Shown here piece by piece: positions 48,901 to 58,535 of a stretch of 64,000 bases of DNA. Source of the stretch: Chthoniobacteraceae bacterium (GTDB lineage: Bacteria; Verrucomicrobiota; Verrucomicrobiia; Chthoniobacterales; Chthoniobacteraceae). The notes beneath the pieces were generated by a model. It was not told the origin of the DNA. It did not search any database and saw nothing but the letters and a program-made list of their open reading frames with translations. Where the stretch lies: positions 1 through 64,000 of the forward strand of contig JANNWY010000141.1 in NCBI GenBank assembly GCA_031409335.1, in the 5' to 3' direction. The position numbers and the translations under genes were made by a program. Numbering within the stretch: the stretch's first letter is position 1; each line of letters starts with the position of its first letter.

Positions 48901-50038
48901 CCAAGTGACCTTCAGCGGAACCGGCAACACCTTTGAAGGCCCCGCCCTCATTGCAGGCACGGGTATAACCGGTCAGGCCTATCGCCTCGTGTTCTCCAGC
49001 CTCGCCGACAGCGCCACCGCCAATGGTCGCATCCGATTTTCTGCCAGCGCAGTAACCCATGCGAATGGCTCCGTCTTCGAATACAACGGAAGCACGCCCC
49101 TGACGCTCGCCAACCGCCAGCTCGAACTCGCTGCCGCCACCACCAACCCCGTCAACGGCCACCAGATCCGCAGCAGCGGCACCGGCACGTTCACCATCAA
49201 CACCGACCTCATCGTCAGCACTGCCGTCGCCCAAACGCTGTCCCTCCGCGGCGCCAACACCGGCGCGAATACCTTCGCCGGCAAGATCGTTGACGGCCCG
49301 GGTGCGGTGATCAGCCTGACGAAGTTGGATGTCGCCGCTTGGGTGCTCTCCGGCGCGAACACCTACACGGGCTCGACCACAGTGGGCGCGGGAACCTTGG
49401 TCGCGACCAATGCAACGGCGCTTGGGACCACGGCCCTCGGCACGACCGTGACGAGCGGCGCAACCCTCGACGTGCAAGCCGACATCACCACTGAGGCAAT
49501 CAGCGTCGGCGGCAACGGGGTCGGCGGCATTGGGGCTTTGATCGCCAGCACCGGCACCGGCACCAGCAGCGGACTGGTCACGCTCACGGCCAATACCAGC
49601 ATCGGCGGTGACGGCATTCTCAACGTCAACGGGGTGGTCGCGGCGGGCGCGTTCACGCTGACCAAAGTGGGTGCCGGCACGACCAACTTCGGAGCCACCA
49701 GCACCATGACCAGCGTGGGCACCCTGACGACCAGCGGCGGCACCACCACGGTCGCCAGCGCGCTCGGCACGGGCACCTCGATCGTGAACGCCAATGCCAC
49801 GACCAACTTCAGCACCAGCCAGACGCTGGCGGCGTTGAATATCAGCGACGGTGCCGTGGTGACCCTGGGCGCTGCTGCCCTGGCACCCGCCCCGGAATTT
49901 GCCGCTGGATTTGACGGCGGGGAAACACTGGCTGCGGCAGCGGGAGTGGCGTCGGTGCCCGAGCCCGGTTCCATTGGCCTCGTGCTGGCCGGGGCGCTCG
50001 CTGTCCTCGGTCGGCGGCGGCGGACAACGAGCGCTTAA
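45942..50038 (+). pseudogene. Autotransporter-associated beta-strand repeat PEP-CTERM protein, split by a 1-nt frameshift at 47088-47092
   Basis: ORF 44721..47258 holds the signal peptide and repeats; ORF 47180..50038 holds the remainder and VPEPG-TM-RRRR; adding one G joins them. Confidence 0.85.
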
Positions 50039-50121
50039 AACTTTTCCCGGGGCTCTTGACGGGGGTTCCGGTCAGACTGGGGAGAGGCGGCGAAAGGCGT
50101 TCCTCGCGGGGATGGTCGTGA

Positions 50122-50140
50122 TGGATCAAATACTGATCTA
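50122..50140. promoter_or_regulatory. Operator-like palindrome, copy 2
   Basis: TGGATCAAATACTGATCTA (GATCA-N5-TGATC). Confidence 0.55.
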
Positions 50141-50286
50141 TGTGAAAAACAAAGAACCTTTGCGTTGCGAGCGGAGGCGGCCAGTCTTCGTTGGAATATT
50201 CTTTCACCTTGTCTCCCCACCGTTGGGAGACACGGAGGAGAGGCCACTGCCACAAACATCTCCACAAGAAAAAATACCCGCACCCC

Positions 50287-53200
50287 ATGAACCACATTGT
50301 GAAATCCAAGTCCTCGCTCCGCGCCGCCATCCTTGCCGGATCCATCGCGGCAATGCTCGCCCACCTCGCCGCGCCTTCCGCGTCCGCAGTCACTTACTAC
50401 TGGGATAACAATGGAGCCACAGCCGGTTTCGGCACGGCGGGTGGCACGTGGGCGGCACCGACCACCGGCAATGCCACGCAGGGCTGGAGCACGGACGCCA
50501 CTGGGGTCACGCTCCCCGGAGACATCACGACCGCGACCACCGACCTCCTCAACTTCGGCAACGGCGCGACGGGCCTCGCCGCGGGCACCATCACCGTCAG
50601 CGGTACGGTGGATGCCGGGGATATGACCTTCGCATCCGGCTCGGGTGCCATCGTGCTTTCGGGCGGCACGATCAATCTGGCGTCCGCCGAAACCATTACC
50701 GTCAACAACCCGACTGACACCATCAGCTCCATCCTCGCAGGCGCGACCACCAGCCTGACTAAGGCTGGCACCGGCACACTGGTCCTCTCCGGAGCCAATA
50801 CCTATAGCGGCACGACGAACGTCAGCGCGGGCACGCTGCGGTTTAATTCCGCCGGCACCATCGGCGGCAGCGGTCGTAGCGTCACCGTGGCCAACGGCGC
50901 GACCGTGGCGCTCGGTAGCGGCTACACGATCGACAACGCCTTCCTGAATCGTTTGGTGGAAAACAGCAATGCCTTTAACGTCAACTACGTGACCACTGCG
51001 GCCAACTCTACGGTTTCATCCGCCCTCGACTTCAGTAGCGCCACTGGGGCCAACCTGCCAAATGCCGTGTTCGCGGCGACCCCTCCGGGTACCGGCAACT
51101 TCAGCACCACTTATAACGGCATCCTGACACCCGGCAGCAATGGCTATCGTTTCGGCAACCTGAATACCAACAATAATTTTGGCAACTCCACCGTGTTCAC
51201 TGTGGCGAGTGCATTGTCGGGAGCGAGCAATTCAGTAGTGATTTCCGGGACATCGCCCGTTTACCTAACTGGGGCCAACCCCTCATACGGCGGAGGAACC
51301 ATAGTGAACGCTGGTGCCGCGCTCGGATTTAGCACCACGGTCGTTACTGGCTTGGCTGCGGGCAGCATCCAAGTGGGAGCAGGTGCTACCATTTTGCGCG
51401 CGGGCGGTAATTTGGACAACGCCTTCCTGACTCGCTTGGCCCCCACCACCAACGCCTTCACGATCGTCGCGAACAATGGCGGTAGCGGCGCGGCCCTTGA
51501 TCTCACCAACTTCCCGAACGCCAGCCTCGCGACTTGGGACAACGCGGGCACCCAAATATTCGCCTTCAGCGGCACGATCACGCCGGCCAACAACACGTAC
51601 CGCTTCGGTAGTACAAGAGCCAGTAACAACATGAATCTAACCGTCGCCAATGCTTTGACCGGTGCTCGCTCGGTGGTTCTTAGTGGTGGAAATCTGAGGC
51701 TCGCGGCAACCATGGACTTTACCGGCCCGATCACTATCAACGCCGGAACATTCACCATCGGGAGTCCAGTTGTCGCCTTCCCCACCACAGGGAACGGCCA
51801 GATCGGTGGGGGCAACTATGCCGGCAACATCCTCAACAATGGCACCGTGGCCCATACTTCGAGTCTCGATCAGACCCTCTCCGGCGTCATCAGCGGTAGC
51901 GGAGCGGTGACGAAAACTTTCACGACTTCTACTGGTGCAAATGCCGGGACTTGGGGCACGACCAGCACCTTGACGCTCTCGGGCGCGAACACCTACACCG
52001 GCGTGTCATCAGTCCTAGCCGGGACGCTGTCCTTCAGTTCCATTGCCAACGTCAGCGGCGGCAGCAGTAGTCTTGGAGCCCCGATCACCACGGCTGCCGG
52101 CACCATCGCGATTGGCACCACCACCACCGGCGGAGGCATCAGGTACACGGGCAGCGGCCACACCAGCAACCGCGTCATCAATCTTGCGGGAACCACCGGC
52201 GGGGCCACCATCGACGCCTCGGGCGGCGGCGCATTGGTCCTCACGTCCGCCCTGACGGCCACCGGCGCGGGCAGCAAGACGCTGACGCTAACCGGCACCA
52301 ACACGGGCGACAACATCATCGGCGGGGCCATCGTCAACAACTCCGTCACCAACATCACCTCGCTGACCAAGACCGGCGCGGGCACCTGGGTGCTCGCCGG
52401 TGCCAGCACCTACGGCGGTACGACCACCGTGAATGCCGGCACGCTCAAGTTGGACTACAGCACACAGAATAGCAGCAAGCTCTCCGACAGCGCCGTGCTG
52501 GTGCTCGGCGGCGGCACCCTCGATCTCAGCGGCGGCTCGCACCCGGAAATCGTGGCCTCGACCACGCTGACGGCCGGCCCGGCTTCCCGCCTGACGAGCA
52601 GCACCCCGGGTTCAGTGCTGCGGATGAAAACCATCACGCCAAATGTCGGCGCCACCATCAATTTCTCTGCGGTCGGTATTGCCACGACGGACAACCCAAA
52701 CATCAATGACATTCTCGGCCCCTGGGCCACGGTCGGCGGCACCGATTGGGCGGTGAATTCCACCAACGCCGGTGACGGCCCAATAACCGCCTACGCTGGC
52801 TACACGGACATCGCGGCGCAGGGTCCCGCCAGCACCATCGCTGACGGTGCCGCCACGAATGTGCGCATCGTTGCCGACGGCACGATCGGCAACATCGAGC
52901 TGGGTGCCACCACCACGACGATCAACACCTTGCTGCAGAACAATGCCAACTTCGCCGCCACCATCAACACTGCCGCCAAGACACTGCGCACCGACGGCAT
53001 TTGGATCACCAGTGGCAAGGCGGCGCTGACCGTCGGCGCGGCCGTCGGCAATGGCTCCCTGACCGCCGCCACCGCTGGCGGCAATCTGCTGCTCATCAAT
53101 GACAGCGCCAGTCAGAATCTCACCATCAACGCCGTCATTGCCGACAACGGCTCAACGTCGTCCCTCAGCAAGACCGGCACCGGCACGCTGGTCCTCAACG

Positions 53201-55221
53201 GTGCCAACACCTTCGCCGGCGGGACCACCCTCGGTGCCGGAACACTCGTCATCGGCAACGACGGCGCGCTCGGTTCCGGCCCATTCACCATCGCCGGCGG
53301 AGCGGTGGCTGCCACGGGAACCATAGTGACCTTCAACCCCGTGGTCGCCAATGGCGATTTTAGCATCACCGGAACCGGCACACTGACTCTCGGCGATATG
53401 ACCATGGGTGCCAACAGCGCCATCACCAATAACAACACCACGGGCACCACCACCCTCGGAGCCATCTTCGGCCCAAGCACGGCCCTCACGTTCGCCGGCA
53501 ACGGCAACACGGACGTGGCCGGCAGCATCGACACGGGCACCGGCGCGCTGACCAAGACTGGCACTGGCACGCTCACCCTCATCGGTGCCAACACCTATTC
53601 AGGCGCAACGACTATCAGTGGAGGCATCGTGAAACTGACTGGCAATCGCTTCGCAAGTGCGGGGCGTATCAATGTGACATCCGGTGCGGTCCTTGAAATC
53701 AGCAATGGGTCATACTCACTGGGTGCCAATAGCTTTAGCGTTGGAGGCACCTCTGGTACCAGCCAAGTCAGGCAAAACAGTGACGGCGTAAATACTGCAT
53801 TCATTTCATTCTCCGGAGGAGAGCAGGTTTTGATAGGCAATGACACGGGTGACGGAATCTATGACCTCAGTGCTGGCACCTTGGCGACCGTCGCCGGGCC
53901 GGGCGGGCGCGGGGTCATTCTTGGGGCAAATGCCGGGAGAAGCGGCTTCTTCAACCTCAGCGACACCGGGACCCTGAGCATGACCAGTGGGTCGGTATTG
54001 CAGATCGGCCGTTCCGACGCTGCCGGTGCCACGGGAACGACTGGGATTTTCACTCAGACCGGAGTCAGCAGCACTGCCGTCGTCGGCGATCTCCGGATCG
54101 GTGGAGCCAGTGCCACAAATAGTGCCAATACCACGGGCACGCTGAACCTGTCGGGCGGCACGTTCTCCGCCGTCACCTTCACGAACCTCTCGGGCGGCAA
54201 TAACAGCGTATCGACCATCAACATCAGTGGCACGGCCGATGTCACCCTGCCCGCCTTCCCGACGGCGCGCGGAACTGGCGCCACGGCGACCATCACCTTC
54301 GACGGCGGTATCCTGAAGCCGACCGCAGCCAGCGCGACCTACATGGGTGGCCTGACCAATACCTTCATCAAGGCGGGCGGCGCGAAGTTCGACACCACCA
54401 ATGGCAGCATTACCATCACCCAATCCCTGCTGACGGATGCGGTATCCACCGGTGGCGGACTGACCAAGGAAGGTGGAAACACGCTGAACCTCACCGGCAC
54501 CAACACCTACACGGGCGCGACGACGGTCAGCGGCGGCACGCTGCAATTTTCCACGACGGCGGCGCTTTACAACGGCACCACGCCAAGCTGGACAGCAGCC
54601 AACCTAAAGGTGGCCAGCGCCGCCACGCTCGCCTTCAAGGTGGGTGGGGCAAACGAGTTCACCACCGGCGATGTCACCACTCTCCTGACCAATCTGGGGG
54701 GCGCGAACGGGACGAGCACCACCGGATTCGCCGCGGATTCATCCATCGGCTTTGACACCACGAACGCTGCCGGCGGCACCTTCACGATCGCGGATCTCAT
54801 CGGCGACTCCACCGGCATCGGCGGCGGCGCGGTGGGCATGACCAAGCTGGGCATTAACACCCTGACCCTCACCGCCAATAACACCTACACCGGCGAAACC
54901 AATGTGAACGGCGGCACGCTCAACATCAACGGAACCCTCGGAGCAGGCGCGAACGTCGTGAATGCCAATGCCGGCGTGACCAATTTCGGCGTGAGCCAGA
55001 CGCTGGCAGCCTTGAACATCGGCGATGGAGCCGTCGTGACCCTGGGCGCTGCCGCCCCAGCCTTCGCCTCAGCCCCGGAATTTGCCGGTGGATTTGACGG
55101 CGGGGAAACACTGGCTGCGACAACGGGAGTGGCCTCGGTCCCCGAGCCCGGTGCCATTGGCCTGCTGCTGGCCGGCGCGCTCGCTTTCCTCGGTCGCAGG
55201 CGGAGGACAACGATCGCTTAA
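50287..55221 (+). CDS. Autotransporter-associated beta-strand repeat PEP-CTERM protein
   Basis: Signal peptide, many LTKxGxGTLxLxGxNTYxGxT repeats, VPEPG-TM-RRRR. Confidence 0.92.
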   Translation: MNHIVKSKSSLRAAILAGSIAAMLAHLAAPSASAVTYYWDNNGATAGFGTAGGTWAAPTTGNATQGWSTDATGVTLPGDITTATTDLLNFGNGATGLAAGTITVSGTVDAGDMTFASGSGAIVLSGGTINLASAETITVNNPTDTISSILAGATTSLTKAGTGTLVLSGANTYSGTTNVSAGTLRFNSAGTIGGSGRSVTVANGATVALGSGYTIDNAFLNRLVENSNAFNVNYVTTAANSTVSSALDFSSATGANLPNAVFAATPPGTGNFSTTYNGILTPGSNGYRFGNLNTNNNFGNSTVFTVASALSGASNSVVISGTSPVYLTGANPSYGGGTIVNAGAALGFSTTVVTGLAAGSIQVGAGATILRAGGNLDNAFLTRLAPTTNAFTIVANNGGSGAALDLTNFPNASLATWDNAGTQIFAFSGTITPANNTYRFGSTRASNNMNLTVANALTGARSVVLSGGNLRLAATMDFTGPITINAGTFTIGSPVVAFPTTGNGQIGGGNYAGNILNNGTVAHTSSLDQTLSGVISGSGAVTKTFTTSTGANAGTWGTTSTLTLSGANTYTGVSSVLAGTLSFSSIANVSGGSSSLGAPITTAAGTIAIGTTTTGGGIRYTGSGHTSNRVINLAGTTGGATIDASGGGALVLTSALTATGAGSKTLTLTGTNTGDNIIGGAIVNNSVTNITSLTKTGAGTWVLAGASTYGGTTTVNAGTLKLDYSTQNSSKLSDSAVLVLGGGTLDLSGGSHPEIVASTTLTAGPASRLTSSTPGSVLRMKTITPNVGATINFSAVGIATTDNPNINDILGPWATVGGTDWAVNSTNAGDGPITAYAGYTDIAAQGPASTIADGAATNVRIVADGTIGNIELGATTTTINTLLQNNANFAATINTAAKTLRTDGIWITSGKAALTVGAAVGNGSLTAATAGGNLLLINDSASQNLTINAVIADNGSTSSLSKTGTGTLVLNGANTFAGGTTLGAGTLVIGNDGALGSGPFTIAGGAVAATGTIVTFNPVVANGDFSITGTGTLTLGDMTMGANSAITNNNTTGTTTLGAIFGPSTALTFAGNGNTDVAGSIDTGTGALTKTGTGTLTLIGANTYSGATTISGGIVKLTGNRFASAGRINVTSGAVLEISNGSYSLGANSFSVGGTSGTSQVRQNSDGVNTAFISFSGGEQVLIGNDTGDGIYDLSAGTLATVAGPGGRGVILGANAGRSGFFNLSDTGTLSMTSGSVLQIGRSDAAGATGTTGIFTQTGVSSTAVVGDLRIGGASATNSANTTGTLNLSGGTFSAVTFTNLSGGNNSVSTINISGTADVTLPAFPTARGTGATATITFDGGILKPTAASATYMGGLTNTFIKAGGAKFDTTNGSITITQSLLTDAVSTGGGLTKEGGNTLNLTGTNTYTGATTVSGGTLQFSTTAALYNGTTPSWTAANLKVASAATLAFKVGGANEFTTGDVTTLLTNLGGANGTSTTGFAADSSIGFDTTNAAGGTFTIADLIGDSTGIGGGAVGMTKLGINTLTLTANNTYTGETNVNGGTLNINGTLGAGANVVNANAGVTNFGVSQTLAALNIGDGAVVTLGAAAPAFASAPEFAGGFDGGETLAATTGVASVPEPGAIGLLLAGALAFLGRRRRTTIA

Positions 55222-55338
55222 TACTTTTCCCTAGGTTTCTTGACGGGGGTCTCGGGATCATAGCCCGGAGTTTCTTGACGGGATCTCCGGGCAGACTGGG
55301 GAGCCAGTAGGTGGCGGGGCCGTTGGGGAACGGCTCCG

Positions 55339-55938
55339 TCACCACCCTGTTTTGCGCATGAAGTCTCCGCATAGATTAATCCGAGTATGAGTTCCCAAAT
55401 GAGGGAACGGGTCGGCCAGGGTGAGGCCCAGGAAGTTCACAAAGCTCAAGTCCTTGCGAATCTGGCGCTTCAGAGCTTGGTGGGAAAGGTTGTGCAGGCG
55501 GCCCGGAACGAGGGCTTTGAACATCAAAAGCGGATCGAAGGGCCGCTGCCCTCCGGGGCATTTGGGGGAGACGGCCACCAAGGCTCCGAGCATTGGCCGG
55601 ATTAACTCCCAAACGATGGCTTCTTGCAGCCGCAACGTTGGATCCTGCATCGTGCGCAGATGCTCGATGGGCTCGGCGCCTTCGAAAAAAATCCGAAAGG
55701 CTTACTGGCTTTGTAGCGTGGCAAGGCAGCTTTTAACTGTCGCCCGCCTTTTGTAGAGACTTACTCACGGACTTTCAGTTCCCATGGGTTCCCTGAAATC
55801 GCAGCGCAATATCGTCGGCCTCCAAGTGCAATTGCACCGCGACTCGCGAAGATTGGAGGTTATCCTCGTATATCTCGCGGGACGCTCGGCGCTCCAGTCC
55901 GTCTGGCTCCGGTCGAAATACCCGTTTTTTAGACGCGG
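55339..55938 (-). mobile_element. IS5-family transposase remnant (N-terminal region only) with possible left end
   Basis: DPTLRL...WELIRP...GGQRPFDPLLMFKAL...NLS...DLSFVNFLGL...P; truncated, no DDE domain. GCCGCGTCTAAAAAC near 55938 may be the terminal repeat. Confidence 0.7.
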
Positions 55939-55965
55939 CTTGGGCGCGCTATGGCTGACGTCTCG

Positions 55966-56991
55966 CTACGCGCCCATGCCATCCTCGAAACTCCCGGCTG
56001 CCGGAGTGATGAGCAGATTGTCGCGCACGTAGGCAACGCCGTTGGCGCTGGTGCTGTCGAGGTCGCGATGCGCACTTTCGGCTTCGACGACGAGCGGCGC
56101 GGTTTTCGTGCCCTGAAGCTGGCAGTAGCGCGATGGGTAGCCGATTTTCAGCAGGAGTTCCACGTAGCGATTCATGTTCAGGTCGCCGCTCGGCAGATCG
56201 GTGAATTGCATCGCGCGATCGGTCCAGTTTGGCTGGAGCGTGCGCAGCGGGAAGCCGGGGCGGATCACGAAATTCTTCACGTGCGCGGCGCAGACATACT
56301 CGCCGACTTTCAGGAAACGTGTCTCCCACGATTCGCCTTCCCAGCAGTGCGACGGATCAGCGTTCACAGCCATACATTTGTCATCACCCGTGATTTTGAC
56401 GAGTGAGAGGAATTCGTCCGCGGTCGCGGCAGCGGTGCCGGGGTGAATTTCGTGGCAAAGTTTGATGCCGAGCTTGCGCGCGTGGTCGCGGATTTTCTTC
56501 GTCTTCTTCACGAAGCGATCCTTGCCTTCCTTGATCAAATCGTAGCCTGGCCCCGCCCAGAAGCCCCACGGATAGCCCGTCGCCGCCTCCCAGCCAAACG
56601 CGACGCCCCAAAACATCGGCAGCACTTTCACGCCGAGTTCGGCGGTGAGATCGAGCAATTTCAGGACGTAATTCTCCGCCCACTTTTCGATGTCAGCGGG
56701 AGATTTTTTCGCGACATCCGGCGGGATGAATGGGCGGATCGTCGGCGAGCCGGTCCACGCGGTCGTATGGACCCAAATCGGGCAGTGCGCGCTGATGCCG
56801 TCGAGCAGCATCCCGGCGTTGTCGAAGGTCGCGCGGATTTCTTTAGCGGACTTAAAAAGTTTGCCGCCTTGCAGCATGTAGTTGCTCGGTTGCGCGCCGG
56901 CCGCGCCACTGCGTTTCGCGTATGCGAGAAAGTCGGCGAGTGATTTTGCGCCGTGTTGAGCGCCTTCGATGGAGGAATGATAGCAGGACAT
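55966..56991 (-). CDS. Sugar phosphate isomerase/epimerase (xylose-isomerase-like TIM barrel)
   Basis: CHEIHPG, NADPSH, AHVKN, LVVEAE metal-ligand pattern. Confidence 0.85.
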   Translation of the reverse strand: MSCYHSSIEGAQHGAKSLADFLAYAKRSGAAGAQPSNYMLQGGKLFKSAKEIRATFDNAGMLLDGISAHCPIWVHTTAWTGSPTIRPFIPPDVAKKSPADIEKWAENYVLKLLDLTAELGVKVLPMFWGVAFGWEAATGYPWGFWAGPGYDLIKEGKDRFVKKTKKIRDHARKLGIKLCHEIHPGTAAATADEFLSLVKITGDDKCMAVNADPSHCWEGESWETRFLKVGEYVCAAHVKNFVIRPGFPLRTLQPNWTDRAMQFTDLPSGDLNMNRYVELLLKIGYPSRYCQLQGTKTAPLVVEAESAHRDLDSTSANGVAYVRDNLLITPAAGSFEDGMGA

Positions 56992-57120
56992 ATTGGTGGA
57001 AGTTTGGAGGTTGGTTTGTGGCAACCGCATCCGTGTAGCGAGTGCCCGGGCTTCGTGCAAATCGGAAGTTGTTTCCGCTCTAATCTCGACGGCGCGGGAA
57101 ATCGCGCCTACATCTGACTG

Positions 57121-57666
57121 GTGCGCGACGACGTCGAAAAAATTCTCTTTCATGAAGGCACGATCCTCGTGCGACTCGATGAACTCGCTGCGCAAATCAC
57201 CGAGGACTATCGCGACAAGGATTTGACGGTCGTCGCAGTGCTCAACGGCTCGCTGATTTTCATGGCAGACCTTTTGCGCCGCGTGCCGCTGCCGCTGCGG
57301 CTGGATTGCCTCAGCGTGTCCAGTTACCACGGCGGGATCGAGAGCAGTGGTGTGGTGACTTTCGACCAAACCTCGCTGCCGGACATCGACGGGCGCCACG
57401 TCCTCATCCTCGATGACATCCTCGACAGCGGTCGCACGCTGCACGCGATCGGCGCGAAGCTGCGTGCGGAGACGAAGCCGTTGAGCGTGCGCAGTTGCGT
57501 GTTGCTCGCGAAGAAGAAGCAGCGCGCGGTCGAGACGGAAGCGGATTATACGGGCTTCGAGATTGGCGATGAATTCGTGGTCGGCTACGGGCTCGACTAC
57601 GAGGAGCGCTACCGGAATTTGCCGTTCGTCGGTGTGCTGCGACGGACGCTTTACGCGGGGAAATAG
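57121..57666 (+). CDS. hpt: Hypoxanthine phosphoribosyltransferase
   Basis: VLNGSLIFMADL, VSSY, LILDDILDSGRTL, EFVVGYGLDY...YRNLP. Confidence 0.96.
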   Translation: MRDDVEKILFHEGTILVRLDELAAQITEDYRDKDLTVVAVLNGSLIFMADLLRRVPLPLRLDCLSVSSYHGGIESSGVVTFDQTSLPDIDGRHVLILDDILDSGRTLHAIGAKLRAETKPLSVRSCVLLAKKKQRAVETEADYTGFEIGDEFVVGYGLDYEERYRNLPFVGVLRRTLYAGK

Positions 57667-57760
57667 AACGCGTTGTTTGAATCCGTGCGCGACGCTGCAA
57701 TTTGAGCTTGCCCGAAAGAGGGACGGGCAGCGAGCGTGCGCTAACACCACCCTACTTCCC

Positions 57761-58354
57761 ATGCGTTCCCTCACCTTTCTACGTCTCCTTCCCATATTCG
57801 CGTTGTTCCTGTTTCCGTGCGTTTGCTCCAGTTTCGCGGAAGACTTCAAACCCGAGCCTGGATTCATCAGCCTCATCAACGGGAAGGATCTGACAGGCTG
57901 GCGCTACAAGCCGGATGAGAAATTCGATGGCAAGACCGAGGCGAGCGATGGGCGCTACACGGCAAAGGATGGGATGATCGTGGTGAACGATTTCGACAAG
58001 GCGAAAGGCCCGCATCTTCGCCAGCTTTGGACGACGCAGGAGTTCCCGAAAAATTTCATCCTGAAACTGGAATTCCGCGCATCGGTAAATGCGGACAGCG
58101 GCATCTTTATCCGCGAGCCGCAGCTACAATGTCGCGACTATCTGGTAGCTGGACCTTACAAGAATCTCAAGAGTTACAAGCCACAGGATTGGAACTTGAT
58201 TGAAGTCACGGTGAAAGACGGCGTGGCGCGCTGCACCTGCAATGGCGAGGTGCTGGAGGAGGCATTGAAAATGCCGGCAACCGGACCGATCGGACTCGAA
58301 GCGGATCGCGGGCAGATGGAGTATCGCCGCATCCAGCTCAAGGAACTGCCGTAA
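57761..58354 (+). CDS. Secreted DUF1080 (3-keto-disaccharide hydrolase-like) protein
   Basis: Signal peptide; LINGKDLTGW, NFILKLEF, DSGIF, DWN, GPIGLE, YRRIQLKEL. Confidence 0.88.
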   Translation: MRSLTFLRLLPIFALFLFPCVCSSFAEDFKPEPGFISLINGKDLTGWRYKPDEKFDGKTEASDGRYTAKDGMIVVNDFDKAKGPHLRQLWTTQEFPKNFILKLEFRASVNADSGIFIREPQLQCRDYLVAGPYKNLKSYKPQDWNLIEVTVKDGVARCTCNGEVLEEALKMPATGPIGLEADRGQMEYRRIQLKELP

Positions 58355-58360
58355 GACTAA

Positions 58361-58535
58361 CAGCCTGTTGAAAAACGTCGGTGCGGGCTCCTGATCCTGC
58401 TTTTGCTCCTGATCGTGATCTCAATTTGAGGGATTGTTACTCAGTGAAATGGAGGAGCAAGATCAAGAGCAGGATCACGAGCAGGATCACGAGCAGGAAT
58501 CCGGAATCGGAATCCGTGACTTCTTCAACAGTCTG
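58361..58535. mobile_element. MITE, 175 bp, with 15-bp TIRs and CTAA target duplication
   Basis: Left end CAGCCTGTTGAAAAA; right end reverse complement CAGACTGTTGAAGAA (13/15); CTAA at 58357-60 and 58536-39; no transposase. Confidence 0.82.

Noticed and set aside
55966..57879. 637-aa minus-strand ORF
   Set aside because: Only 55966-56991 is the isomerase; the remainder is antisense to hpt.
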